Assembly: GCF_963921235.1 (NCBI RefSeq)
Contig: NC_086109.1
Span: 17,982,001 to 18,046,000 of the forward strand
Reading direction: 5' to 3'
Origin: Mobula hypostoma
Taxonomy: Eukaryota
DNA length: 64,000 bases
Part shown: one piece after another, positions 38,411 through 51,800 of the stretch
Position numbering within the stretch: position 1 is the first letter of the stretch
Layout: each line of letters opens with the position of its first letter
The notes under the pieces: generated by a model
What the model was told of the DNA's origin: nothing
Seen by the model: the letters and a program-made list of their open reading frames with translations, nothing else
The model's database searches: none
Translations under genes and position numbers: made by a program

Positions 38411-40004
38411 TAACTTGTCCCTTCACTTCCTCCCTTACAAAGTACAAAAACCTAATCACCCCCTCCAGGTGAGGCAGAGATTCAAGCCTGCTTCCTCCAA
38501 CCTTAAAAGTGGAATAAACTGATTCTAATTTTCCATCAGGCACATTAAACCAGGTTTCAAGTTTAAATGATAGGTGAATTATTTGGAAAGGAGATTTGGT
38601 ATCCATAACATTCAAGGCTCTCTACACCATCTAGGGCAAATCCGACAGCAGGATTAATTCCCCGAAGTTTTCACTCTCTCCAGCACTGCACAATGAACTG
38701 CACTTGCTCTCACAATGCCTCTACCACCACAAAAATACCATCACCTGCAAGTTCTCCTCTAAGTTGAAAAAACATCCTAACTGGATCTGTAATGCTTGTG
38801 CTGAAAAGGTAGAGGAGGTTGGTCCTTTATTATTACTAGGTATAAGTACTGGAACTCTTAAGGATCAAGGATCAACTTTATTCGCCAAGTACATTTACAT
38901 GTTTTAGGAACTTACTGTAGTGTGTTGGTGTGACATGCATTGAACAACAACAGTCAACATATGTAAAGAATGAAAGAATTTTATAAAGAATAAGTTAGAG
39001 GTTAAAGTACAGATATGGAATAAAATGTGAATAGGTACATAAATACCAGTAGGTATGTACAATATGAACATTGTTATAAAAAGTGTTTTAAACCATTTAC
39101 AGAGCGGTGCAGTGATGGGACTAATAGATAGAGGGGGTGGGGGGGCTAATTAAAATGATTAATCAGATTAATAGCCTGGGTGGTAGAAATGTTGAAGATC
39201 ATGTGAAATATTTACTTTAATAGCTCTTTAGTGCTTTCCAGAGGAGGCTTTTTGGAAAAGGTAGTTTGCAGGGCAGGTAGTGTCCCCAGCATGACCGAGG
39301 GAGTCCCTTCAATGAAAGGGTTGCGGCAGCTCAAAGGGTCCATTAGGAATGGTACTTAAATGGCAATGGAAACACCACCAAGTATGAGGCTCATCTTTTC
39401 CACCAAGTGGCTTTGGAGTGGAGGTTTGTTGGAATCAGACTGGAGGACGGAGAAACTGGGATCATTTTTCTTAAAGTCTAGAAGCCTAAGGAATGAATTA
39501 TTGGAGATATTCAAGCAAGAGCATAAAATTTAAGGCAGAAGGAAAAAGGCAGAGGACAAATGAGAAGAGGAATTTTTAAAACTGTGTACTGTGATCTGGA
39601 ACACTGCCACTGAAGAGGCCAGGAAAGCAATAGTGACATTAAATGGTAACATTCAGAAGGGAATTTGATAATTACTGAAAAGGAGAAAAAGAAGCGAGAC
39701 TATGGGAATAGAAAAAGGGAGTGAGATTAATTGGTTTCAGACAGTCACAAAGAACAGAAAGGTTCTATGCAGGAAACCTTAGCTGCATTTTATTCCTCTG
39801 GGCTTGCATACACTGGGTCCAATTACTGCATCTCTACCATGGCCCTCGCTAAGAAGATCAGTTCCTAGCCTTCATGGTTCAGTTTCACTAATGACTGAAC
39901 TACAGGGATCTAACATTCCCAGGCTGTTTGAAGATCTGCCTGGATTCTTTGTGCCTGTTCTAAATTTTGAATTGTGATAAAGGGAAGTTTTTTTTGATCT
40001 ATCA

Positions 40005-40420
40005 TCTCAGAATCAGAATCAGATTTAATATCACCGCCATATGTTGTGAAACTTGCTGTTTTGTGGTGGTAGTTCATTACAATACACAATAAAAAGAAAA
40101 CTAATGGTTACAAAAATAAATATATGCATAAGTTAAATTAGGTAATAAGTGCAAAAAGACAGCAAAAAAGATAGTGAGGTGGTGTTCATGGATTCATTGT
40201 CTACTCAGAAATCTGATGGCGGAGGGAAAGAAGCTTTTTCTGAAACATTAAATGGATATCTTTGGGCTCCTGTACCTCCTCCTTGACAATAGCAATGAGA
40301 AGAGTGCATATCCTGGGTCACAGGGGTCTTTAATGATGGTTGCTACCTTCTAGAGGCATCAGCTTCTAAAGGTGTCCTCAATGATGAGAAGGCTAGTGCC
40401 CTTAATGGAGCTAACTGTGA
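40005..40420 (-). mobile_element. Rex1/Babar 3' end
   Basis: (agaatc)n tail and similarity to 14334-15200. Confidence 0.75.
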
Positions 40421-40800
40421 CCATAAATGCAGCATATAAATCTAAAGTAACATCTGAAAATGGTGAAAATACTCTGCAGGTCGGGATGTTCCAGGTTTAC
40501 AATCTCTCAGGATTAACCAAGAAATGTTAATTCTCTCAAACTGTCTGGAGTATTTACAGAATGTCCAATTGTTATTCTTTAAACCTCCTTATTCCTCTTG
40601 TTGATCAGAGAGAATGACAATCAATGACCAGGAATGGAGGTGGCCATTTTGCGAGACTGTCCTTGCAGCCACCATTTTGTGAACTGTTTGAATTGATTTC
40701 TTACTCTGAGATAATTTAATCAGAGCAATGGAATGTGGACACAGGGAGTCTTCTGCTAAACCTGAGACAAATAGCTATCTATTACGTAAAGTGGCAGGCT

Positions 40801-41280
40801 TGTAAGAGGAGCATCTGTAATCTCATTAGATGCAATGTCTGGGCACCTGGTTTGACTAGCCCAAACCAGTCTAAAGTTGAAAAGGCATGAGGCAGAGGGC
40901 AAAGGCCATAGAGCAATACTGGTTGTGGCTCTGGACCAGAACCAATAAGAAGGCGATATCGAACTAGTAAGATTGAATTACAACATTTGAACTGGTGAGG
41001 AAAGAGTATAAAAATGGGACACTTTGATAGCAAAGGAGCGACAGCTCTGGAGACCAAACATCAGACATATGGAGATTAGATCAGGACTATGAGGAACATC
41101 TGGCCAATGTAGACTTCTTTCCTGGTGATTACCTTTTCTATTCTTTGACTTTTCGTGGAGGGTGCACACAGGTATTTTGTAAATTCATGTATTTGTGATC
41201 TGAGCCAATAAAGGTACCCAGTAAATGCAGATTCCCTCTCTGCCTAACTGGTCATTTTTACTTTGGGGTGAATCCTTACA
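40801..41280 (+). mobile_element. Putative solo LTR with promoter and polyA signals
   Basis: TGTAAG...CTTACA inverted termini; CCAAT 40942, TATAAAA 41007 and AATAAA 41207 in U3-R-U5 order; no TSD seen. Confidence 0.5.
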
Positions 41281-43124
41281 ACACTGTTGCCTGACCTGCC
41301 AAGTTCCTCCAGCAGTTTGTGTGTGTTATTACAATTGCTTCTTTGTTTCTCAAAGGATGAGCAGCAGTAAATGCCACATTTTAAACTCTCACACGATGAA
41401 CTGCAGTAGTTCTACAGACTGAGGGGTTCCAAAATGTATTCCTGGAACATTTTATATTTATTCACTTTTCAGGATGCTGCGATTGTTGATAAAACCAACA
41501 TTTTTTGTTCATCCTTAACTGTATTTGAAAAGGTGAAGCACCTCTTAAGCCATCTGGTTTTTGTGAAATTGCTTTTAAATTGTTGTCTGCATGGAGTTCT
41601 GGGATTTACTTCTCACAGAACAGAAGATCATTCTGCCCATTATCTTCCTGGCAGCTCCCAGCAGGGCAATCACATCAGTCTTGTCCGCCTTTCCCCTTCA
41701 AATTATACTCTTCCACATGGTCAAGAGCTCCACTATAAGTCTTTGACTACATTTAAAGCAAAGGCTGAAAGGCTTTTCATTCATAAGGGCTTCAAAGGTT
41801 ACTTGATGGAGGCAGGAGAATGGGGTTGAGATGGAATCATTGAATGGCAGAGCAGATTCGATGGGCTGAATGGCCTAACTCTGCTCCTATGACTTATGGA
41901 GTAATGGTCCTATAAGCTTCCATGTGGATTCAATAACCTTTACCCCCATGTCATCCTAACAAAGGTGCTGGTCATTGATTTCAGGAACTGCGGTGGAATA
42001 CACACTCCTGTCTATATCAGTGGGGCTGAGGTGTAGAGAAAGATGTTTAAGATGGTAGAGAGATTGCCAATTAAATGGGTTGCTTAATCTTGTATATCGA
42101 TGATCTTCTTGGCTGTAGTTGGAGCTGCACACGTTTAGGCTAATGGAAAGTATTCTATTAATAAGGTGCCTTGCAGATATTAGAAAGAATATTGAATATC
42201 ACAAGATGAATCACTTGCAGCTGGATACCCAGTCTCCCAAAACCTACATTATTTATGTCGCTTGAGTTTCTGGTCATTAGTTCGGTCTCGGGATGCTGAT
42301 GCAGTGTGACTCAGTGACGGAAACATTTTTGAATGTCAAAGTTAGTGGGTGAACTCTGTGCCTTGTTGGCGATGGTCACTGCCTGGCAATTGTGTGTGCA
42401 ATGTTACTTACCACTTACCAACCCAGGACTGAATATTCTTGAGGTCTGGATGTGAACAAGCAGGGATTGCTGCATGTTACCAACAAAATTAAATATTGTT
42501 GCAAGATCAGCAAACATCCCCACTTCTGACATGAAGAAAAGAAGAGCATTGTACTGAAAGTTCCTATCACTTTGGCCATAGAAATTGTTAAAATTAAGAA
42601 TGGAGAAAGAGAACTTGAGCTTTAAGTTTGAAGTCTTGGCCATCACTGACACTATTGATAATCAGAATGTCATTTACCAGAAATCTTTTTGTTATCTATT
42701 CATTTTTCAGGCTATGGGTCACTTAAAAGGCTAGAGAGCTTCAACAATATAAGCACCATGAATGTTGCCATTGACACTGCCTCATCTAACGATAGCGAAA
42801 CACAAAATGCATTTCACTGCCAGAGACAGTATAAAAGATATCCATAAAGCTGATCCCAGGTGTAAGAGATCTGAGCGATAATAACAGACTGAAGAAACTG
42901 GAAATTCATTTACTTTGCACTGATTTGTAGGGAGAAGTATTAACTCCTAATTAGCCCACATGAGGGATGACATGCATTGGAAATCTGGCATCTATTTTGA
43001 ATGGTTACATGTCATTTTTTACAGGATTTCAAGATGTCCTAAGTCACCTACAACTAATTGAATACTTTGAGGCATAGTACTGACTGCATCACAACCCAAT
43101 ATGGCAGCTCCAATGCAAACGATT

Positions 43125-43970
43125 ATAAGACCAAAAGGAATAGGAGCAGAGCTGGGTCATTTGGCCCACCAAGTCTGCTCCACCATTCCATCATGGCTGA
43201 TTTATTATCCCTCTCAAACCTGTTTTCCTGCCTTCTCCCTGTAACCTTTAACACCCCACCTAATCAAGAACCTATCGATCTCTGTTTTAAATATACCCAA
43301 CGACTTGGCCTCCAAACCCATCTGTGGCAATGAATTCCACAGATTCACTACCCTCTGGCTAAAGAAATTGCTCCTCATATGTGTTCTAAATGAACAATTC
43401 CTCTACTATGAGGCTGTGCTCTCTGTCCTGGACACCCTCACTATAGGAAACATCCTCTCCATATCCACTCTATCTAGATTTCAATGAAATCCCCTCTCAT
43501 TCTTCTAAACTTCAATATGTACAGGTTCTGCGCCATCAAACACTCCTCATACATTAACCTTTTCATTCCTGGAATCACTCTCGTGAACCTCCTCTGTACC
43601 CTCTCCAATGGCGGCACATCTTTTCTTAGATAAGGGGCCAAAAATTTCTCACAATACTCCAAGTGTCGTCTGACCAATGCCTTATAAAGCTTCAACATTA
43701 CATCTTGCTCTTGTCCTCTAGACCTCTTGAAATTAATGATAATGTTGCATTTGCCTTTCTTACCACTAATTCAACCTGCAAGTAAACCTTTAGGGAATCC
43801 TGCATGAAGACTTTACACCTTTACACCTCTGATTCTTGAATTTTCTCCATTTAGAAAATAGTCTACACATTTATTTCTTCTACCAAAGCGCATGACTATA
43901 CACTTCCCTACAATATATTCCATCTGCCACTATTTACCCATTCTCCCAATCTGTCTAAGCCCTCCGGCAG
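43125..43970 (-). mobile_element. CR1 ORF2 3' fragment nested in a Rex1 remnant (about 43060-44790)
   Basis: MLKLYKALVRRHLEYC...LERVQRRFTR; Rex1 sequence resumes at about 43975. Confidence 0.88.
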
Positions 43971-44344
43971 ATAACAAAGAGACTGCAGAAGGTCATGGTC
44001 TCAGTCAGCTCCATCAAAGACACATGCCTTCCCACCATTAAAGACATCTTCAAAAAGTAACACCCACAGAAAGCTGGAGGAACTCAGCAGATCAGGCAGC
44101 ATCTATGGAAATGAATAAACAGTCGAAGTTCCAAGCCAAGACCCTTGTTCAGGACCCTGAAGAAAGTGGTGCCTCAGGAAGCCAGCATCCATCATTAATG
44201 ACCCTCACCATCCAGGGCATGCCCTCTTCTCATTACTACTACTGGAGAGGAGATACAGGAGTCTGAAGACACAAACTCCATCTAGCATCATATTCCTGAG
44301 TGGTCCATGAACACATGAACACTCCCTCACTATTCCATTTTTTA

Positions 44345-44663
44345 GTGTGGGCTTGTGGCCAAGTGGTTAAGGCTTTGGATTAGCGACTTGAAGGTCGTGA
44401 GTTCGAGCCCCAGCCGAGGCAACGTGTTGTGTCCTTGAGCAAGGCACTTAATCACACATTGCTCTGCGACGACACCGGTGCCAAGCTGTATGGGTCCTAA
44501 TGCCCTTCCCTCGAACAACATTGGTGTCATGGAGAGGGGAGACTTGCAGCATGGACAACTGCTGGTCTTCCATACAACCTTGCCCAGGCCTGCGCCCTGG
44601 AGAGTGAAGACTTTCCAGGTGCAGATCCATAGTCTCGCAAGACTAACGGATGCCTTTATTATT
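44345..44663 (+). mobile_element. tRNA-derived SINE (same family as 21524)
   Basis: A and B boxes; TSD tattccattttt. Confidence 0.9.
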
Positions 44664-45149
44664 TATTCCATTTTTGCACTATTTATTTATTTTATTTTTT
44701 ATTATAACTTATAGTATTTTTTGATGTCTTGCACTGTACTGCTGACACAAAAAAAACAAATTTCATAACCTACGTCAGTGAAAATAAACCTGTAAAGTCT
44801 GAAATGTTGCAACTGAGTTACAGATAGTGAGACTGAACAAACAGTAATGGACAATGACTAGATGGTCTTTCTTTTAATTATTGCTGGTTGGGATAAATGG
44901 TGATCAATTGCTGTCTAGTTCTACATTTAGATTTTCATGGAAACACAAGATTTGGAGCAACAAACAACCTGCTCGTAGAACTCAGTGGATTAGGCAGAAT
45001 CTGTGGACAGAAATCCACCGTCGGTGTTTTAGAGCATGACCTTTCATCTTCACGAAGGTTCTCAGCCCGAAACATTGGCTGTCTATTTCCCTTCACAGAA
45101 GCTTTCTGAGCTGCTGAGTTCCTCCAGCAGTTTATTTCCATGCTTATTC

Positions 45150-45795
45150 TACATAAGAGCATAAGAAATAGGAGCAGGAGTCGGCCATTTGGCCTGTTGA
45201 TCCTGCTTCACCATTCAATAAGATCATGGCTGATCTGGCCATGGACTCATCTCCATCTACCTGCTTTTTCCCCATAACCCTTAATTCCCCTATTATGCAA
45301 AAATCTATCCAACCTTGTCTTAAATATATTTAGTGAGGTATCCTCCACTGCTTCATCGGGCAAAGAATTCCATAGATTCACCACTCTCTGGGAAAAGCAG
45401 TTCCTCATCTGCATCCTAAATCTACTTCCCCGAATCTTGAGGCTACATCCGATAGTTCTAGTCTCACCTATCAGTGGAAACAACTTTCCTGCCTCTATCT
45501 TATCTATCCCTTTCATAATTATATATGTTTCTATAAGATCTCCTCTCGTTCTTTTGAATTCCAGTGAGTGCAGTCCCTGGTGACTCAATCTCTCCTCATA
45601 GTCTAACCAACCTGGTGAACCCCCTCTGTACCAGCTTGAAAGCCAGTATATCAGTATATCCTTCTTCAAGTGAGGAGACCAGAACTGCATGTAGTACTCC
45701 AGGTCCGGCCTCACCAGCATCCTGTGCAGTTGCAGCATAACCTCCCTGCTCTTAAATTCAATCCCTCTGGCAATGAAGGCCAAGATTCCATTTGT
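45150..45795 (-). mobile_element. CR1 ORF2 3' fragment
   Basis: C-terminal part of ORF 45247-45987 (GILAFIARGIEFKSREVML...FSQRVVNLWNSLP). Confidence 0.9.
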
Positions 45796-46539
45796 ATATC
45801 GTGTCTGTTTTAGGGATGGTACAGAGGCCTCACAGTAGCAGAATCCCAGGTTCTGTCTGTGTGGAGTTTGCATGTTCTCCCAGTGACCATGTGAGCTGGT
45901 AAAGATACTCGGTGGTAATGATAAAGAGATAAAGATTCGCTTTGTCACATGTACATCGAAACATACAATGAAGTATGTTTGTGTCAAATCAAATCAACGA
46001 AGATTGTGCTGGGTGTGTCATTATGATTGTGTCATTATGATTCCAACGCCAACGTAGCATACCCACAACTTACTAACCCCAAACTTAGGTCTTTGGTGTG
46101 GGGAAACTGGACCACCAGGACGGAACCCACGTGGTTGTGGGGAGAATTTGCAAACTCCCTACAAACAGTGGCGGGAATCGAACCCCAGTCTCACGGCTGG
46201 CTGCTGTAATAGCATTAGACTCTATGCTTCCATACTGGTGCTCTGGTTTCCTCCCACATTCCAAAGAAATGTGAGTTGATTTATTAAGAGGCAAATTGTC
46301 CTCAGAGTGGTAGAATCTGAAATGGAGCAGATGAGAATGTGTGAAGAAGATAAAACAAGATTACAGTACGAAAGAGTGCTTGCTTGTCGCTGCAGCCTTC
46401 CCTGGTTAAAGGCCTGTCTCCGAGTTGTATTTCTTCATGACTCCTAAGACCTGAATGGACATTGCACCCATAAACACTACCTCACTACTTTCTTTTTTTT
46501 CTCTTTTTTTGCACTACTTATTTAATTTTATATATACAC

Positions 46540-46830
46540 ATCATCTTCTTCTTCTTCAGTTGTCCATCAAGATCCGATGATGACTATACAGTCCTATCCT
46601 GGACCCACAAGCTCTATTGCAGGTGGGACATGTATATGTGGTTGTGGTGGTAGTATTGGTAGCAACCATGGCTGCATTTCTCCTGGCTCTCTTCTGCTGT
46701 CTTCTGGTTGTTCTTTCCATCTCCAGAATACGAACCCCGTCCCTACACAGCTGTCGCCAAGTGGTACGGTCAGCAGCAACATCCTCCAGGTCCTTGGGTC
46801 TGATCTTGCACTTCCTTAAAGCATTATACA
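46540..46830 (-). mobile_element. RTE-clade LINE 3' end with C-terminal zinc-finger-like motif
   Basis: ORF 46556-46837 (AADRTTWR...YTCPTCNRACGSRIGLYSHHR); (gaa)n tail; inserted in a Rex1 3' UTR. Confidence 0.85.
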
Positions 46831-48597
46831 TGTACACTTACTGTCATTAACAGTTTTTTATTATTAAAGTACTGCTGCCATGTAACAACAAATTTCACGA
46901 TACATGCCGGTGATATTAAACCTGATTCTGATTCTGATTCCAGAGACTGGTGCTGCCTGAACACAGCTAGCCCGTGTCTGATGTGCCCAGGTTAACCATG
47001 TTTACTCCTGTCTAGGTTATGGGCCAAAGGGCCGGTGGAAGCTGATATTAAGGAAGGTAAATTTATTTGAAAGAATTACGGATCTGAATGCGATACTAGC
47101 TGCGACCTATGAGGATAATTAGTGTCACCGTGTCAGAAGCAGTACAGCCACATTTTATGCTGTAAGGGTCCCTCAGATGGAAATGTGATAAGGACCCAGC
47201 TCATTTACTTTCGATAATGCAAATAATTACTTCACTGAACCAGTCACTGTTCTGCTGGGATAGATGACTGAAGCCGAGGGTTTATTGAAAGGTGGCCTGT
47301 CTGCCATTAGTCACGCACACCCTCATTAGCAGTGGTACAAAATGAGCCAGTGTTTAATGTGTTGACTCCAATAGAGAGAAGTGTGCCTTTCAAAGCGAGC
47401 TGGGGGAAGGGGGTGTTGTGAGGCTACATAATTAACGTCTGATCGATAAAAACCTGCATGCATTTAGATATCTGAGAGGATTTCATTCAAAAGTAAGTAG
47501 CAATGTCATTCTTTACAAAGACAGGGAAGAAAAAAATATATGCACAGACTGGAATAGAGGAAAAATAACTCTTTAAAACTGCTTCTGAAGTGACTCAAAA
47601 CCTACTACATCCAGGAACACGTTAACCAGGGCGAGCTATTTGCATATCAGCGGTGATCCTTGTTTTAAAGTAACATATACAAAATGCTGGAGGTACTCAG
47701 CAGGTCAAGCAACATCTACGGAAAGGAATAAAGTGTTGACATTTTGGGCTGAGACCCTTCACCAGGACTCATCATCCTTGGAGGGTGATTTATGAGAAAT
47801 GACTGGACAGATTAGAGGAGATGAGGTGTTCTTGGGGCAAAGAAAATTAAAGGGAGGTTTAGTATGGAGGTTCAAAGTCACTGAGTTTTCTGACCGAGTA
47901 CATAGGGAGACATGACTTCCAGCAGGACAGTGGATCACTAACCCAATAGCAGAGATCTAAGGTGTTTGGAAAAAGAATGAGATGGGGCATGAGATGAGTG
48001 TTTATTGATGCACTGTTGATATGACCTAGAATTTATTGCATGGAACGATGGCGTTCTATGTTCAGTAGTAACTTTCTACAAATTAGATAAAACCTGATCC
48101 AGCAAGGTGACTTGATGTATTCTGTAGCCGAAGTGAGGAAAAACAATGCTACAGGACATCGTGAATTTGAATGTGTGTTGTGCTATCTTGCCGAGGACTT
48201 TAAGTCGACCTTATGGAAATGTACAAGAACATGAAGGAGATGAACAAGCGTTGCATCTTTTCAACCAGTAAGGGAATCATCTGAGAGGTGATTTCATGGA
48301 GCAACACAAGCAAATTGTAGAAGTGGCAAAAGTATGATGCTTAAAATAAAATTTTAAGAGGCAGAAATGGGCAGTAACTAAAGGTAATGCCTGGCAAAAC
48401 TCACTGGTGTAATGGACTCGATGTAAATTACGATACAAGATAATGGACTAGCTCCTCAGGAAGATGAAAAGCACAGAGAGGGAATAAATTACATCTGTGC
48501 TAAGTGTGTGCTCTAAGCTGTACTTTCACACAGTTTTTCATTACTTTCACAAAGCCTAATCTATAGGACATCAGAATCTGATCCATAGGAGTGAAGC

Positions 48598-48870
48598 TAT
48601 AAGACCTTAAAACATAAGAGTAAATTATGCCATTCTGCTCTTCGAGTCTGCTCGGCCATTCCGTCATGTTGGATTTATTATCTCTCTCAACACCATTCTC
48701 CTGCCTTCTCTCTGTAACCTTTGACAACTTTGCTAATTAAGAACCAATTAACCTCTGTTTTAAATATGCCAATGACTTGGCCTCCATAGCTGTCTGGGGC
48801 ATTGAATTCCACAAATTCACCACTGACTGGCTAAAGAACTTCCTCCTCATCTCTGTTCTAAAGGGACGTC
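48598..48870 (-). mobile_element. CR1 3' end
   Basis: Same 3' UTR as 6355-6630. Confidence 0.8.
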
Positions 48871-51800
48871 TGTCAGGAAATGTGGAGGAGGCTTAACCCA
48901 GAAGCAGAGTGGTGGTGACAATTCAGCAATGGATGACAATTTTAATAATAGACTGCAAAATAACAAGCCATGAGGGGCCACAAAATGAGAGAGAACTAAT
49001 ACTAAACTCACAGGCAATAAGGTAACTGAAGGCTAAAAGCATCTGGGTTGGGCTGGCTGGTTCGATGGCTCAAGGACTCTAGATGAGAGTTGGGGTTAAG
49101 TAGGCCTCAGGTGATGAGTTGGAAATGAGCGGCAGGTAACTCCTGTTAGCTGGGTAGAGACTGAGAGGAGCCTGCTTATGCAGGCCTGACAGGACCCCAC
49201 CATCTGTGTCTGGCAACCTGAATAGGTCTAATGGTACTGCTTGATGAGCGATGGATCCAAGATGACACTGGATGTGACACTGGTGTTGAGACATATCAGC
49301 TCCTGTCCAAGTGGCAGCTTGGATCCACTAGAATTTGCCTACTCAAGCAACAGGTCCACTGCAGGTGCCATCTCATTGGCTCTTCACACAACCCTGGAAC
49401 ATATGGATAGCAAAGATGCATACATCAAGATGCTCTTTATCGTCTACAGTTCAACATTTAATACCATCATCCCCTCAAAACAAATTAGTAAACTCCAAGA
49501 CCTGGGCTTCCGTTCCTCTTTGTGTAATTGACTCCTGGATTTCATCACTTGCAGACCCTGGTCAGTTCAGATTGGCAAAAACATCTCCTCCACAGTCTCC
49601 GTTAGCACAGGAGCACCACAGGGATGTGTGCTTAGCCCCCCGCTCTACTCACTTTACACCTATGACTGTGTGGCTACGTACAGCTCCAACACTATATACA
49701 AGTTTGCTGATGACACCACTGTTGTGGGCTGTATCAAAGGGGGTGATGAATCAGCTTATAGGAGAGAGAATGAAAACTTGGCTGAGTGGTGCAGTAACAA
49801 CAACCTCTCACTCAGTGTCAGCAGGTCCAAGGAACTGATTGTAGACTACAGGAGCGGGGAACCTGAGGTCCAGGAGCCAGTACTCATCAGAGGATCACAG
49901 GTGGAGAGGGTCAGTAATGTTAAATTCCTGGGTGTCACTATCTCAGAGGACCTGTCCTGGACATGAAATATAAATGTAATTGCAAAGAAACCTCTTCTTC
50001 CTTAAGAGTCTGTGGCGATTCTGCAGGTCATCAAAAACCTTGATAAACTTCTAGAGATGTGTGGTGGAAAGTGTTTTGACGTTACAGCCTAGTATGGGAA
50101 CACCAATGCCTTTCAATCAGTACATTTAATGTCAGAGAAATGTGTACAGTATACCTCCTGAAATTCCTTTCAGCAGAAAATCCTACGAATGGTTGTGGAT
50201 TCAGCCCAGTACATCATGGGTAAAGTCCTCCCAACCATTTAGCACATCCACGTGAAACGTTGCGGTAGAAAAACAGCATCCATCATCAAAGATCCTCACC
50301 ACCCAGACCATGCTCGTTTCTCGCTGCTGCCGTCAGGCAGAAGGTACACGTACACCACCAGGTTCAAGAACAGTTGCTACCCTTCAACCGCCAAGCTCTT
50401 GAACAAAAGGGGATAACTTCACTCACTCTATTTCTGGTGTTCCCACAACTGATGGTCTCACTGTAAGGACTCAATAACTTGTTATTTCATGCTCGTTATT
50501 TACTGCTGCTTATTTATATTTGCATTTTCACAGTTTGTCGTTCACTGATCCTGTTTACAGTTACTATTTTATAGATTTGCTAAGTGTGCCCACAAGCAAA
50601 AGAATCTCAAGGTTGTTTGTGGTGGCAAGTACTCTGTCTAATAATAAATTTTATTTTGAACTTTGGATGGCACCAAGACCTTTCCTTCCGGCTGTACCCT
50701 TCCTAGTTGACCAGGTACTACACAGCCCATCCATGACGATGTGAATCGATCGACTGGTGAACTGTCTACAGTGGACCACCTTTCACCATCCGATGTTCCA
50801 GAGGTGTAGATTGCGGTGGGTCGAGTGGGCAAGGGCAACGGGCTTGAGGCAGGCCATGTGGAAGGTTGGTGTGATCCCGAGGGATGGTGGTAGCAGGTAA
50901 TTTTGCAGAGACCGATGAACCAAGGTAGGAGCTTTTTGGAGTCAAGGGGGCAGAGGCAGATATCGGCAGGTGAACAGCCAGACATGCTTCCCCAGCCGGA
51001 ATAGTCTGGCTTGGCTCCAATGGCAGTTAACTTAGCTGCAGAAGGTGTGGTTGGAATCTATAATGACCTCCAGGCCCTCTTCCGAACATCCCAGCAGTGG
51101 CAAACCAGGGCCCTGGCAGACAAGACCTCCACCGTTGGCTCCTCCACAGGGAGCAATGGGTCTTGGTAGCTATGAAGCACTTCAAAGGGGACATACCCTT
51201 GGCAGAATAGGTGAGTACATTGAGCAGGGGAAGGATTAGCATAGCAAACTTCTCCACTTGCTGATTGGTTCTTCCTGATTGACTGTTGGTCTTCAGATGA
51301 TAGCTAGAGGACAAACCCACTGAAGTGCAGAGGAGGGAGCAGATGGCTTGTCAGAGGTAGGAAACAAATTGTAGGCCTTGGTTCAATAAAATGTCCTGAG
51401 GGAAGCCATGGAGGTGAACTACTTGTTGAAAGCCAAGGCCTACTGTCTCAGCAGCTGACGGAAGTTTGGGAAGACCAGTGAAGTGGGCCGCCTTGGTCAC
51501 CCCATAGGAAGGCGGCAAACCCATGATGAAATCCATGGCATTGTGGGACCATGGTCATCGAAGGAACAACAGGAGCTCAAAAGGCTACTGGTCGGAGGAA
51601 CTGCACATTAAGGGCAGGCAGCGATGAACTGAAGTTCATCTGCAAACATGGTGGGTCACCAGAACTGACACTGCGGAAAACCCAGAGTCTGTCATGCACC
51701 TGGCTAGCTGGAGAGGGATGAGGAGTGGGCACTCAGGAGTGTCTCAGAGGCACATTGTTGTGTAGGGCCTGGCAAATCTCTAACTTACAATGCAGTTGGT

